From sequence record SRR20825010_2901: 43,172 nucleotides of DNA; one strand, 5' to 3'. A program made the position numbers and the translations under genes. Of this stretch, positions 7,224 through 16,400 are shown piece by piece; position 1 is the stretch's first letter, and each line of letters opens with the position of its first letter. Below the pieces are notes generated by a model, which had not been told where the DNA came from, did not search any database, and was given only the letters and a program-made list of their open reading frames with translations.

Positions 7224-8313
7224 GCTGTTTTTCGCCTTTGTGAACGGCATAGATGTCGGAGAATTCTTCTTTACCTGTCACCTTCACCGTGTCTACTTTC
7301 ACAAGCTCCAAATTGGAACCATCGGTATTCATAATCAGATTGGTGACGAGCAGCTTCTCTTTATACACCTTGCAAAGCTTCTGCACACGGGCAGCTGTGT
7401 TCAGCACATCTCCATGATAGGCAAGCTCACTTTTGATGTCGCCGACTTCCGCTACGGTCACTTTTCCAGCATTGATGGCCGCATAGAAATTGGGGGTGAG
7501 CCCGTATTTGTCTTGATAATACGCGTTCTTCGATTGCAATAACGTCTCAAATGCAAAGAATAAGTTAAGACTATTGAGGTCCTCCTCCCCTTCGGCACAT
7601 TTCCAGGTGAGCACGGCTTCATCGCCCACAAATTGATAAACAGACGCCCGATACCTAAGCAAGAGATCAGACAGATCGTGGAAACAATCCTGCAGCAATA
7701 AACTAAACTTCAGATGCCCGAGTTTCTCGGCAATGTGCGTAGACGACTGCAGATCAAGAAACATAAAAATTCGATCCTCCTCACGTGGATGAAAGTATTT
7801 CCCACTCAGCAAATTGCTCACCGATCCCGGCCCCATGCGCTGATTGATGCGGATGAAAAAATCCATAAGGGCACTGATCGCCAGCAGATAAATAAAGGAA
7901 GAGAAAAATGACGAAGAACCCAGATAGAGTAATAACCTACTCAACACCTCATTGCCGTAGATCGTTTCTTCCTCATAATAGATGAAAGCACCCAGCACAT
8001 TAGTCAAAAACACAATGCCGATAAACACCACCGTACGAAGCAAAATACCATATCCAAAGGAATGCTGCCTGACAGTGTTAGGGTAAACAAATATTTCCAA
8101 AACACCCATGATACTACCTATCAGCACACCCATGAGTGTAGCCAAACCAAAGAGGCTATGGATATCCGATAGTTTCGTCAGTGCTCCCGGTTCCGGATTG
8201 GCCGCATTGCCATAGTAACGCACCACCACGTAGAGGTTGAGGGCAAAGGCCCAAAACAACACGATGAAACACACCTTTTGCAGTTTATATTTTGTGTCGG
8301 CTGAAAAGCTCAT
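7174..8313 (-). CDS. Membrane-anchored class III nucleotidyl (adenylate/guanylate-family) cyclase
   Basis: About 4 N-terminal TM helices. Catalytic motifs FLDLQSST, QFVGDE and GDVLNTAAR, and a C-terminal V.GK. Confidence 0.9.
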   Translation of the reverse strand: MSFSADTKYKLQKVCFIVLFWAFALNLYVVVRYYGNAANPEPGALTKLSDIHSLFGLATLMGVLIGSIMGVLEIFVYPNTVRQHSFGYGILLRTVVFIGIVFLTNVLGAFIYYEEETIYGNEVLSRLLLYLGSSSFFSSFIYLLAISALMDFFIRINQRMGPGSVSNLLSGKYFHPREEDRIFMFLDLQSSTHIAEKLGHLKFSLLLQDCFHDLSDLLLRYRASVYQFVGDEAVLTWKCAEGEEDLNSLNLFFAFETLLQSKNAYYQDKYGLTPNFYAAINAGKVTVAEVGDIKSELAYHGDVLNTAARVQKLCKVYKEKLLVTNLIMNTDGSNLELVKVDTVKVTGKEEFSDIYAVHKGEKQPKTDSQKLPLAKSLHP

Positions 8314-8512
8314 TTCGAATTTAGGGCAAAGGAGAAATCATGGTCAAAGTACGTTGATTCGATAGCAATAGCCACGCTGACCCGAAAACTATTTGCTAGA
8401 ATACGGGGAAACAGACAGAAGAGTTCAATGCACCACAATAAAACGGCAATTAGAACCTGACTTTGGGGGAGGTGATGAATAGTTAAAGGGAATAAACTTT
8501 TCAAATCAAAGT

Positions 8513-8547
8513 GCCAAAGGCCAACGGCCAAAAGCCAAAGGCCAAAA
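8513..8547. repeat. Five tandem GCCAA(A/C)(G/A) heptamers
   Basis: GCCAAAG GCCAACG GCCAAAA GCCAAAG GCCAAAA lies just past the stop of the hydroxylase gene. Same unit as in the repeats at 367 and 1237. Confidence 0.85.
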
Positions 8548-8552
8548 GCTCC

Positions 8553-9149
8553 CTAAGGCATTGTTCTAAATACATAATCCCACAACGGCGATGAAACACC
8601 GAAAGCTTTCTTTTGACTTTTGTAGTGATGTAGGCTGTGAAACACCCACCATTGCTTCAGGAAATTTTTGGGTGGCGGGTAGGCATGCACCATGTAGTGA
8701 ACAAACAGATATCCGGCATAACCAAACAAAAAGCCTGGCAGAAAGGCAAATACAAAATCGCCGATGAGCGCTTTGAATCCAAACAGCAAAAGCGTGGAGA
8801 TAGCAATACTCAGAATCGGAGGCATAGCCAGTCGGTCTTTGTCTTTCGGGTACTCATGATGCACCTGATGGATTTTATATTGTACGTCCTTTCTGAATGC
8901 AGTTCGTGTATTCATATGAAACAGGAATCGGTGCATGCTGTATTCCACGAATGTAAAAAAAAACAAACCACCAAAAAACAGGGAGGTAGTAAGCAAGGGC
9001 GATAAGGCCACCGTGGTGATGTTCCAATAGAGCAATCCCAGGCCATACAAGATGAATAGGGAGATTGGAACAGTGATATGTGTTTTGGTGAGGCGCTCTA
9101 AAATGGGGTTTTCGAATATTCTCCCGGCTCCTTTGTGTTGTACTTCCAT
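8553..9149 (-). CDS. Fatty acid hydroxylase / sterol desaturase family protein
   Basis: Four His boxes HRFLFH, HQVHH, HYMVH and HSLHH; C-terminal FGVSSPLWDYVFRT; TM helices. Confidence 0.9.
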   Translation of the reverse strand: MEVQHKGAGRIFENPILERLTKTHITVPISLFILYGLGLLYWNITTVALSPLLTTSLFFGGLFFFTFVEYSMHRFLFHMNTRTAFRKDVQYKIHQVHHEYPKDKDRLAMPPILSIAISTLLLFGFKALIGDFVFAFLPGFLFGYAGYLFVHYMVHAYPPPKNFLKQWWVFHSLHHYKSQKKAFGVSSPLWDYVFRTMP

Positions 9150-9461
9150 GATCTGTTATTGGTCAGTAACTGCTCGTATCTTATATGCGCTGATTGTTTT
9201 CCCAAATATCTGCACGCGATTAAGAAGTAAGACCTACGTCTCTCCAGCGAGTTGTGAAGGTAATACGTCAAACCCTCTTTACGGTTAGTTTTATTGATAG
9301 ATAAATTACAAAAATGATATTCCTATCCATTATCAAATAGACACAGCATTCTTTAAAACGTTTCCGAAACCGGCTCGTTGAGCTCTATTATGCAATAAAA
9401 TAATAGGATGTAACCAAATTGCATTTCACAGTCTAAATAAAAATCATACAAACGCTAACCG

Positions 9462-10154
9462 ATGAATGCCAAATATACTGTGACTGTCCACTCCATTGAT
9501 GAAATCCACGAGCTGCCCGGCGGCTGGACCAATGATCGGTACAGGACCCTTCTTGAGCTAGCCGATTTTGATGGATATGCGGACATAGATGAAAACGAAT
9601 TAAAAGACTATGCCATCCTTGCCCTGCAGGACATGGATGTGGAAGATGCGGCCATGCTGGTATTGCAGTATCGCTTTGCGGGGCAATTCACCAAAGGGCA
9701 GATCCAAAACCTGGCTTTTGAGCTGATGAACGATAAACTGTGGGAAGAATATCAGGACATAAGCAAACATGAAGAAATGTACCATTGCACCGTGCTACTG
9801 AAAGCCGCCTTTCCCAGAAAATTTCCTGAAACAGATGCTGTCAAACTTAGCTTCGAGGTGCAAGCCACCGACGCGAACGGACGGGAAGCATTGGCGCAAC
9901 CCTCAAAAACATTACTTACGCGACTGCTCGCCCATGACATGGACAACCATGCTGTATTGAAGCGGCTTTTTAGCGGGCCATTGGCCGGTGGTTCGTTTCC
10001 AGAAGCCAACGCAATAATCTGGCAGTTCGAAACGATGAAACTGGAAAGCAGCAGTCACTTCACCGTTTATTCTTCGTGGTATTGGCTCAGACCCATGGAA
10101 GATGTATCCGACTTCAATGCTTCCATAAGCATGGATTCGATCTCGCCCCGGTAA
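9462..10154 (+). CDS. Hypothetical acidic soluble protein
   Basis: 230-aa ORF with an AT-rich leader and coding-like composition. No family recognised. Confidence 0.75.
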   Translation: MNAKYTVTVHSIDEIHELPGGWTNDRYRTLLELADFDGYADIDENELKDYAILALQDMDVEDAAMLVLQYRFAGQFTKGQIQNLAFELMNDKLWEEYQDISKHEEMYHCTVLLKAAFPRKFPETDAVKLSFEVQATDANGREALAQPSKTLLTRLLAHDMDNHAVLKRLFSGPLAGGSFPEANAIIWQFETMKLESSSHFTVYSSWYWLRPMEDVSDFNASISMDSISPR

Positions 10155-10324
10155 TTGCCTTTCATTTACTACCAATTTGTTCGAGCAAACATGATTCGTG
10201 GTTCAACCGGGCAGTTGAGTAAATTTGAAATAAATTTGTGAAACGTGCACATCAAATGCCATCGTACCTAAACACCAATAGTTGAGGTAAACGGCAATAG
10301 GAAGAAATTAACCCGACGATACTT

Positions 10325-11476
10325 GTGAAAAAGCTGAAACAATTGGATTTAACCAAAATTGATTTAACCAGACCGGACAAACTGCTTCTTTCCGGTCTGA
10401 GGACACTCGGCAACCTTTCGCTCAACCTCTACAGCGAAGAAAAAAGCGAATCGAAAGGAAGGGGAGAGATCACCTTTATAGGTAAAAAGAAGGTTGAGAA
10501 GGTTCAAAACCAGCTCTATGTTTACGACGAAAAGGAAGCTGTCGATCAGGAGGAGATCGCGGATTTCGGCTTCTTTGATGGGCTCGATTCGGGCAAAGTA
10601 CATTGGCTCAATGTACACGGACTTCATGAAGTAGCCATTATCGAAAATATCGCACGGGCGCTTGATCTTGACCGGATCACGCTGAAACAAACGCTGGATA
10701 CCACCCTGCGTCCTAAGGTAGAAGAATACGACCACTACCTTTTCTTCAGTGTGAAATCCGTGCTTCGCGACGATGATAGCGGCTTGCAAATCGAGCAGAT
10801 GTCGTTTGTGCTGGGTCAAAGTTATGTGGTCTCCTTTCAGGAGGAACGCGGTGACCACTTTGATCACATTAGACATAAAATCAAGGAGGGACTGGGAATT
10901 GTGCGAAAAAAAGGAACGGGCTTTCTGATCTATCAGCTATTGGATGCCATTCTGGACAATTACTTCGAGACCATAGAAAATGCCAACCTGGAAATGCGGG
11001 AATTGGAAAAAATCATTTTCAAAAGACCATCGCAGGCCTCTCTGGTACATCTGGAGCGCATGAAGCAGGATACCGAAATGATCAAGAAATCCCTGACGCC
11101 ATTCAAGGATGCCCTCAAGGTTATTCTCAATCGCCAAACGCCCTTTATCGATCCCGATGACAACAAGTATTTTCAGGACCTGATGAACAACTGCGAAAGT
11201 GCCATCGAAGAAATTGATTCTACTTCAAAATCGCTGGAAGGGCTGACCAACATCTACTTCTCCTCGCTTAGCCAAAAAATGAACGAAACGATGAAGGTGC
11301 TTACCACGGTGGCCACCATCTTCATACCGCTTACGTTCATCGCCGGAGTGTATGGCATGAACTTCGAAAACATGCCGGAGTTAAAAAACCCGAACGGCTA
11401 TTTCTATACCTGGGGAGTGATGGGGTTCGTGTTTATCGGGATGATTATTTATTTCAAGAGGAAGAATTGGTTGTGA
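10325..11476 (+). CDS. corA: Magnesium/cobalt transporter CorA
   Basis: YGMNF and MPEL signatures, two C-terminal TM helices, and the 'WLNVHGL' and 'RPKVEEY' motifs. Confidence 0.95.
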   Translation: MKKLKQLDLTKIDLTRPDKLLLSGLRTLGNLSLNLYSEEKSESKGRGEITFIGKKKVEKVQNQLYVYDEKEAVDQEEIADFGFFDGLDSGKVHWLNVHGLHEVAIIENIARALDLDRITLKQTLDTTLRPKVEEYDHYLFFSVKSVLRDDDSGLQIEQMSFVLGQSYVVSFQEERGDHFDHIRHKIKEGLGIVRKKGTGFLIYQLLDAILDNYFETIENANLEMRELEKIIFKRPSQASLVHLERMKQDTEMIKKSLTPFKDALKVILNRQTPFIDPDDNKYFQDLMNNCESAIEEIDSTSKSLEGLTNIYFSSLSQKMNETMKVLTTVATIFIPLTFIAGVYGMNFENMPELKNPNGYFYTWGVMGFVFIGMIIYFKRKNWL

Positions 11477-11560
11477 GGGGGTTTTAGTAGCCTATTTTTT
11501 TGGGGATGTTGGGATGTATCAGTATTTCATTGAGGCAACATGGTCATTCACACACAAATT

Positions 11561-12019
11561 TTAAATTTCTTTTCCAGTGAGTGCAAGAATTTCATCCCGC
11601 TCTTCTATTGAATTAAAGACAAGCATTATATCGTAGCATTTTGAGTCAATGCGTAGCTGTTTGGGTTTGGATTCAATGATGTATGTTTCCAAGATAGAAT
11701 TGTAAGTAATTCTTATCTCTTTTTTTCCTCTTATTTGTATCTGATTTTCAGTTACTGTTAACTCACCGAAACGCCACTTCATTAGATTTAAAATTGTCCC
11801 GAGAACTATCATTCCGATTCCAGTAAACAATAATGGATTGAGTGGTTCAGTTAGACCGGACCGTAGAATGAATCTCATCCCGCTGGGAATATCTTGGAGT
11901 AAATAAGCTAGAATCAAATACGGCAACAGGAGAATTCCACCAAACTTAAACATTGTCATGGCTAGTTTTTTAGATACTGTCGGTTCGTATTCAAGGAAGA
12001 ACTTTATCTTCATATCCAT
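11561..12019 (-). CDS. Hypothetical membrane protein (2 TM + small soluble domain)
   Basis: 152-aa ORF with two hydrophobic segments. Visibly AT-richer than its neighbours. Confidence 0.7.
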   Translation of the reverse strand: MDMKIKFFLEYEPTVSKKLAMTMFKFGGILLLPYLILAYLLQDIPSGMRFILRSGLTEPLNPLLFTGIGMIVLGTILNLMKWRFGELTVTENQIQIRGKKEIRITYNSILETYIIESKPKQLRIDSKCYDIMLVFNSIEERDEILALTGKEI

Positions 12020-12054
12020 TTCAGAGTTTTTTTTTAATGACTGCTTTTGAATTG

Positions 12055-12074
12055 CCTCTGGATTTATCCAGAGG
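12055..12074. repeat. Short palindrome (REP-like or terminator hairpin)
   Basis: CCTCTGGAT-TT-ATCCAGAGG has perfect 9-bp arms and lies 14 nt past the antiporter stop. Confidence 0.6.
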
Positions 12075-12088
12075 ATAACAATAGCTCA

Positions 12089-13351
12089 TCACTCCTTCTT
12101 CAGCTCTTTTACCTCGGCATCCAGCTCCTCCCAATCGCCAAATGACAGCTCGTCCACTTCTTCTATGTCCTCTTTCTTGGCAATGAGGCCACCGGACATA
12201 ATGAAGCTACTGGCCAAAATCACAATCAACAAAATGGTAGGATTGAAACGGTCATCCAGAAACTGCAAGGGAATGGAAAAGAACAAAAGTACCGTGATCA
12301 GCCCCCTAGGGGCTAACCAAAGCTGTGGAGTAATGCTTTTGCCAACGAATAACTTCAGTAGTATAAATCGAAGCAAATATGTAATAATCAAAACACCAGT
12401 AGCTATAAGTATGGAGGGAACGTCCGAGATTCCCGAAAAGTCGAGTGTCATCCCGAAAATCACAAAGAAAAAGGTGCGCACCACAAAGGCCGTCTCCATA
12501 ATGACCACATGAAAGTCTTCGGTGATATGTTCCAGGGCTTCCGGACGGATCAGCTTTTTTAGTTTCCCCCTGAAAAAAATCTGATAGTTATTGAGCACAA
12601 GACCAAATACCATTATTATAAGCAGCGACGAAAGGTGAAACATCTTGCCCGTGGAATATAGAAGCACCAATATGGCGATAAGGAAAAAGAGTTTCACTTT
12701 CGCCTCCAATTGCTGCAGGAGCACCACCATCAGATAACTAATCACCAGCGAAAGCACGATAGTGATCAGAATGCTGCTCGATACCTCAAGCACCACTTCC
12801 CCCGTGTTGGCGGCATCAGCTCCTCCAATCAGGAAATAGAAAAACATGATCCCGAGGATGTCGGAGAATGTGCTTTCATAAATCATAAATTCACGCTTTT
12901 CTCCCAGTAAGGAGGTAACGCTTGGTATGATGATGGCACTACTTAAAATGGAAAGCGGAATAGCATACACCAGCGACTTGAAAAAATCGTGAAAAATGAA
13001 GGCGTGAAACACGTAAGCGATCGCAAAAGCAGTCCCAATTAGTGCCAGCAACGCAACGAAAAATGATTTGACCAGCAGTGGTTTCTTTTCGCGTCGCAGC
13101 TCCAGATCCAGCGCGGCTTCCAACACAATCATAATCAGCCCGACGATACCTAGCACCTCAAGTGCTTCCATGATGTAGGCATCCAGGTTTATTTCCAGAT
13201 GAACGAAAAGTCGTTGTACACCGACACCCAAACCTATAAGCAAGAGCACGCTAGGTATCTTTGTTTTTTTAGAAATAAAATTGAAAAAATAGGAAATGAT
13301 GATGATTAAAGAGATTCCTATCGTTTCTGTGTAGGCATTTAAAATATCCAT
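12089..13351 (-). CDS. Cation:proton antiporter (CPA1/NhaP-like)
   Basis: About 12-13 TM helices; motifs 'SSAIIIP', 'YESTFSDILG' and 'APRGLITVLL'. Confidence 0.9.
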   Translation of the reverse strand: MDILNAYTETIGISLIIIISYFFNFISKKTKIPSVLLLIGLGVGVQRLFVHLEINLDAYIMEALEVLGIVGLIMIVLEAALDLELRREKKPLLVKSFFVALLALIGTAFAIAYVFHAFIFHDFFKSLVYAIPLSILSSAIIIPSVTSLLGEKREFMIYESTFSDILGIMFFYFLIGGADAANTGEVVLEVSSSILITIVLSLVISYLMVVLLQQLEAKVKLFFLIAILVLLYSTGKMFHLSSLLIIMVFGLVLNNYQIFFRGKLKKLIRPEALEHITEDFHVVIMETAFVVRTFFFVIFGMTLDFSGISDVPSILIATGVLIITYLLRFILLKLFVGKSITPQLWLAPRGLITVLLFFSIPLQFLDDRFNPTILLIVILASSFIMSGGLIAKKEDIEEVDELSFGDWEELDAEVKELKKE

Positions 13352-13481
13352 GAAGATGCTTTTTCTACTGTGACAAGTAAATCAGAATAAAGTCACACAA
13401 ATTATGGTATATTTTGGTGACATAACACAACAAGTGGAGTCATAAAGCAAGTGCTTTCATTTAATTCATTAATTTCATCGC

Positions 13482-16400
13482 ATGGCGAAGAGCAATAAAT
13501 TCGGAACGTTTGGTGGAGTATTCGTTCCTTCCATTTTAACCATCCTTGGTGTAATCATGTACCTGAGGCTCCCAATGATCGTGGGAGAAGCTGGGCTTTG
13601 GGCGACCATCGGCATCATCGTGGTGGCGCATATCATATCGGTCACCACCGGGTTGAGCGTTTCATCCATAGCCACGGACAGAAAAGTAGAGGCTGGCGGC
13701 ACCTACTACATGATTTCCAGAAGTCTCGGTTTACCCATCGGTGGCACATTGGGGTTGGCACTTTTCGTTGGTCTTTCCTTTAGTGTCAGTTTATACCTGA
13801 TTGGTTTTTCAGAAAGCTTTTTGGGGTACTGGGGATTCTCTACCGAAATCAACAACATCCGGCTTACGGGAACAATCATCCTTTTGGCCGTCACCACTTT
13901 AACCTTCATCAGCACTTCGCTGGCCATTAAAACACAGTACTTTATCCTGGTAGCCATCTTACTTTCACTTGGCTCCATCTTTCTGGGCAATCACGACTAC
14001 ACGCCCGAAGCACCTGTTTTTTCCAATCCAGGCTCCACCATTCCATTGATGGTGTTGTTCGGTATATTTTTCCCTGCAGTGACCGGTTTTGAAGCCGGCG
14101 TATCCATGTCCGGCGATTTAAAGGATCCGAAAAAGTCGATCCCCGGAGGATCTATAATGGCCATTGGCGTTGGATTTGTGGTTTACATTGGCCTTGCATT
14201 TTTCTTTGCCTATACGGTAAGTGGAACTGCCCTCGCCAGCGACTCTCAAGTGCTATTGAATATTTCCTGGATTCCTGAATTAGTGATCGCGGGTATCTGG
14301 GGAGCAACACTATCTTCTGCATTAGGCAGTATCCTGGGAGCACCTCGTATCCTTCAGGCCACAGCCGTCGATAAGATCAGTCCGAAAATATTTGCGGCTG
14401 GCTATGGCGCTACCAACGAGCCAAGAAACGCCCTTCTGCTCACTTTCGTGATTGCCGAGGCAGGGATTCTAATTGGGCAACTAGACGTTATCGCCCGGAT
14501 TGTTTCCATCTTTTTCATCACCACATATGGTTTTCTCAATATCAGTGCAGCATTTGAGCGATGGACGAGTGCCGACTTCCGGCCCGAATTTAAAGTTTCC
14601 GGTTGGATCAGTTTGATTGGCGCCTTAGCGTGTATACTGGTGATGATCCAGCTTGACATTGTGGCTATGATTGGTGCTATCGTGCTATTGGGACTACTCT
14701 TTTTATACCTAAAAAGAAAGGAACTAACCCTCGATTCTGGAGATGCCTGGAGTGGGGTCTGGGCGGCTCTGGTGAAAACAGGCTTGACCAATTTGATGGA
14801 GGACAAACTGCACAAAAGGAACTGGCGGCCTAACATTATCATGTTTAGCGGCAATCCTGCTACCCGCCATCACATGGTTCACATGGGAAAGGCCATTGCC
14901 GGAAAACTTGGTATTCTCTCCGCTTTTGAATTGGTAAAAAGCGAGGACAAGGTATTAGCGAAAACGGAATCCAACCTGGCCAAAGACAAAGATGCCATCG
15001 GCTATTTTCAGCGCAAACTCTACTGCCGCGACATCTATGAAGGCATGGATCAGATCGCACGGGTATACGGTTTTTCCGGAGTGGAGCCAAACACCGTGCT
15101 TATGGGCTGGAGCAAACAGCCGACCAATAAGGAAAAATTCATTGAATTAATTGGTGGGCTTTCGCAGAGTCGGTTCAACACCTTGTTTCTCAACTACAAC
15201 CACGAAAATGCATATGGATCTAGCCAAAGCATTGATATCTGGTGGGCAGGCACTGGGCGTAACCTGGCGTTCTCCATCAATCTGCTGCGACAGATCACCA
15301 ATTCGCCAATATGGAAAAAAGCGAAAGTCCGCGTTTTGATTATCAATCCGAAAAATGCAGAAGCAGAAAACATTTACAAAGCGACCAAATTGATTCTGGA
15401 TAATTTCCGTTTTGATGCCGAAATACGAATCGTGAACAATGAAATGGATCCGCTCCCGGAAAATGAGATAATCGGAGTAGAATCCGGCAGCACTGACCTG
15501 GTTATACTTGGTCTTCCGGATAAGCGATTCAGGCAACTTGACAAATACTACGAAGATGTTAATTGTATACTGGATGGCATTGGCTCGACCTTAATTGTAA
15601 ATGCCTCTGAAGATTTCGAAGACTTTGAAGTTCTCGTGAATGGCAAATCAAAAACAGGGAATCAAAAAGGCGATCCAGTAAACCTGGAATTACCGGACAT
15701 GATCCCTTCCCTTTATGAAGAGATCAATTATGACATCCGCAAAGTGGATGAAAACGGCCAAAAAGTGTTGGCTCTTTTCTTTAAAAAATCACTGCAGCCG
15801 GTATTAGAAGACAACACTTCCATACTGAAAGAGCTAGACGAGCAGCTTGACACTATCAGACAAGAGTTGGATAAAATCAAAAATACGCCCGAAAGTTACA
15901 AGCGTAAAAAGGCCATCGACCGATTAAAAAATGACGTTTATTTTAAAATCAATGCCCTGCTTAATGAGGAGTTGAAGACGATCTTACTTCCCAAACAGGC
16001 GCTCAAACTAGAGGATGGGCTCACCTGGTACCTTCAACGATTGCAGGATGATTTCAGAAAATATCCCAAACATCTGAAGATTGCTCATGACAAAGAAATT
16101 TTCAAAATAAATAAGGAGGATAGGCTTGGTCTTCGGTTGCTGAAACGCTCCAAACGATTCAAACATTTCTTTGTCGGGCAGCCCATCACTCAAAAGATAG
16201 CTTATCGGGAAGTGGCCAGATACTACCAGCTAAATACTCGTTTCGTCTTTTTAGAACATTTCTTAAGCCGATTCCTCGAAGAACGACTGGCTTTTTATAA
16301 ACGCTTGAGAAACATTACCGCGAGCATCTCCAATCAACTGGAGCTCATTGACCGGAAAATCTGGCTCGACCACACGGATTGGGAATTGACGATACTCAAT

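Noticed and set aside
8310-8531. 73-aa ORF upstream of the cyclase
   Set aside because: It starts inside the heptamer array and covers the probable cyclase promoter region. No family features; it cannot be fully excluded.
367-8547. Repeats considered as a CRISPR array, IS ends or integron attC sites
   Set aside because: There is no regular repeat-spacer period, no cas, transposase or integrase gene, and no terminal inverted repeats or attC-type palindromic core.
10237-10251. CRP-like site TGTGAAACGTGCACA upstream of corA
   Set aside because: Half-site spacing is 5 rather than 6 nt and one half is imperfect, so it is insufficient to link to the cyclase.
13369-13397. TGTGAC-N17-GTCACA inverted repeat in the divergent antiporter/SLC12 promoter region
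   Set aside because: Only 6-bp arms with a long spacer; could be chance without comparative support.
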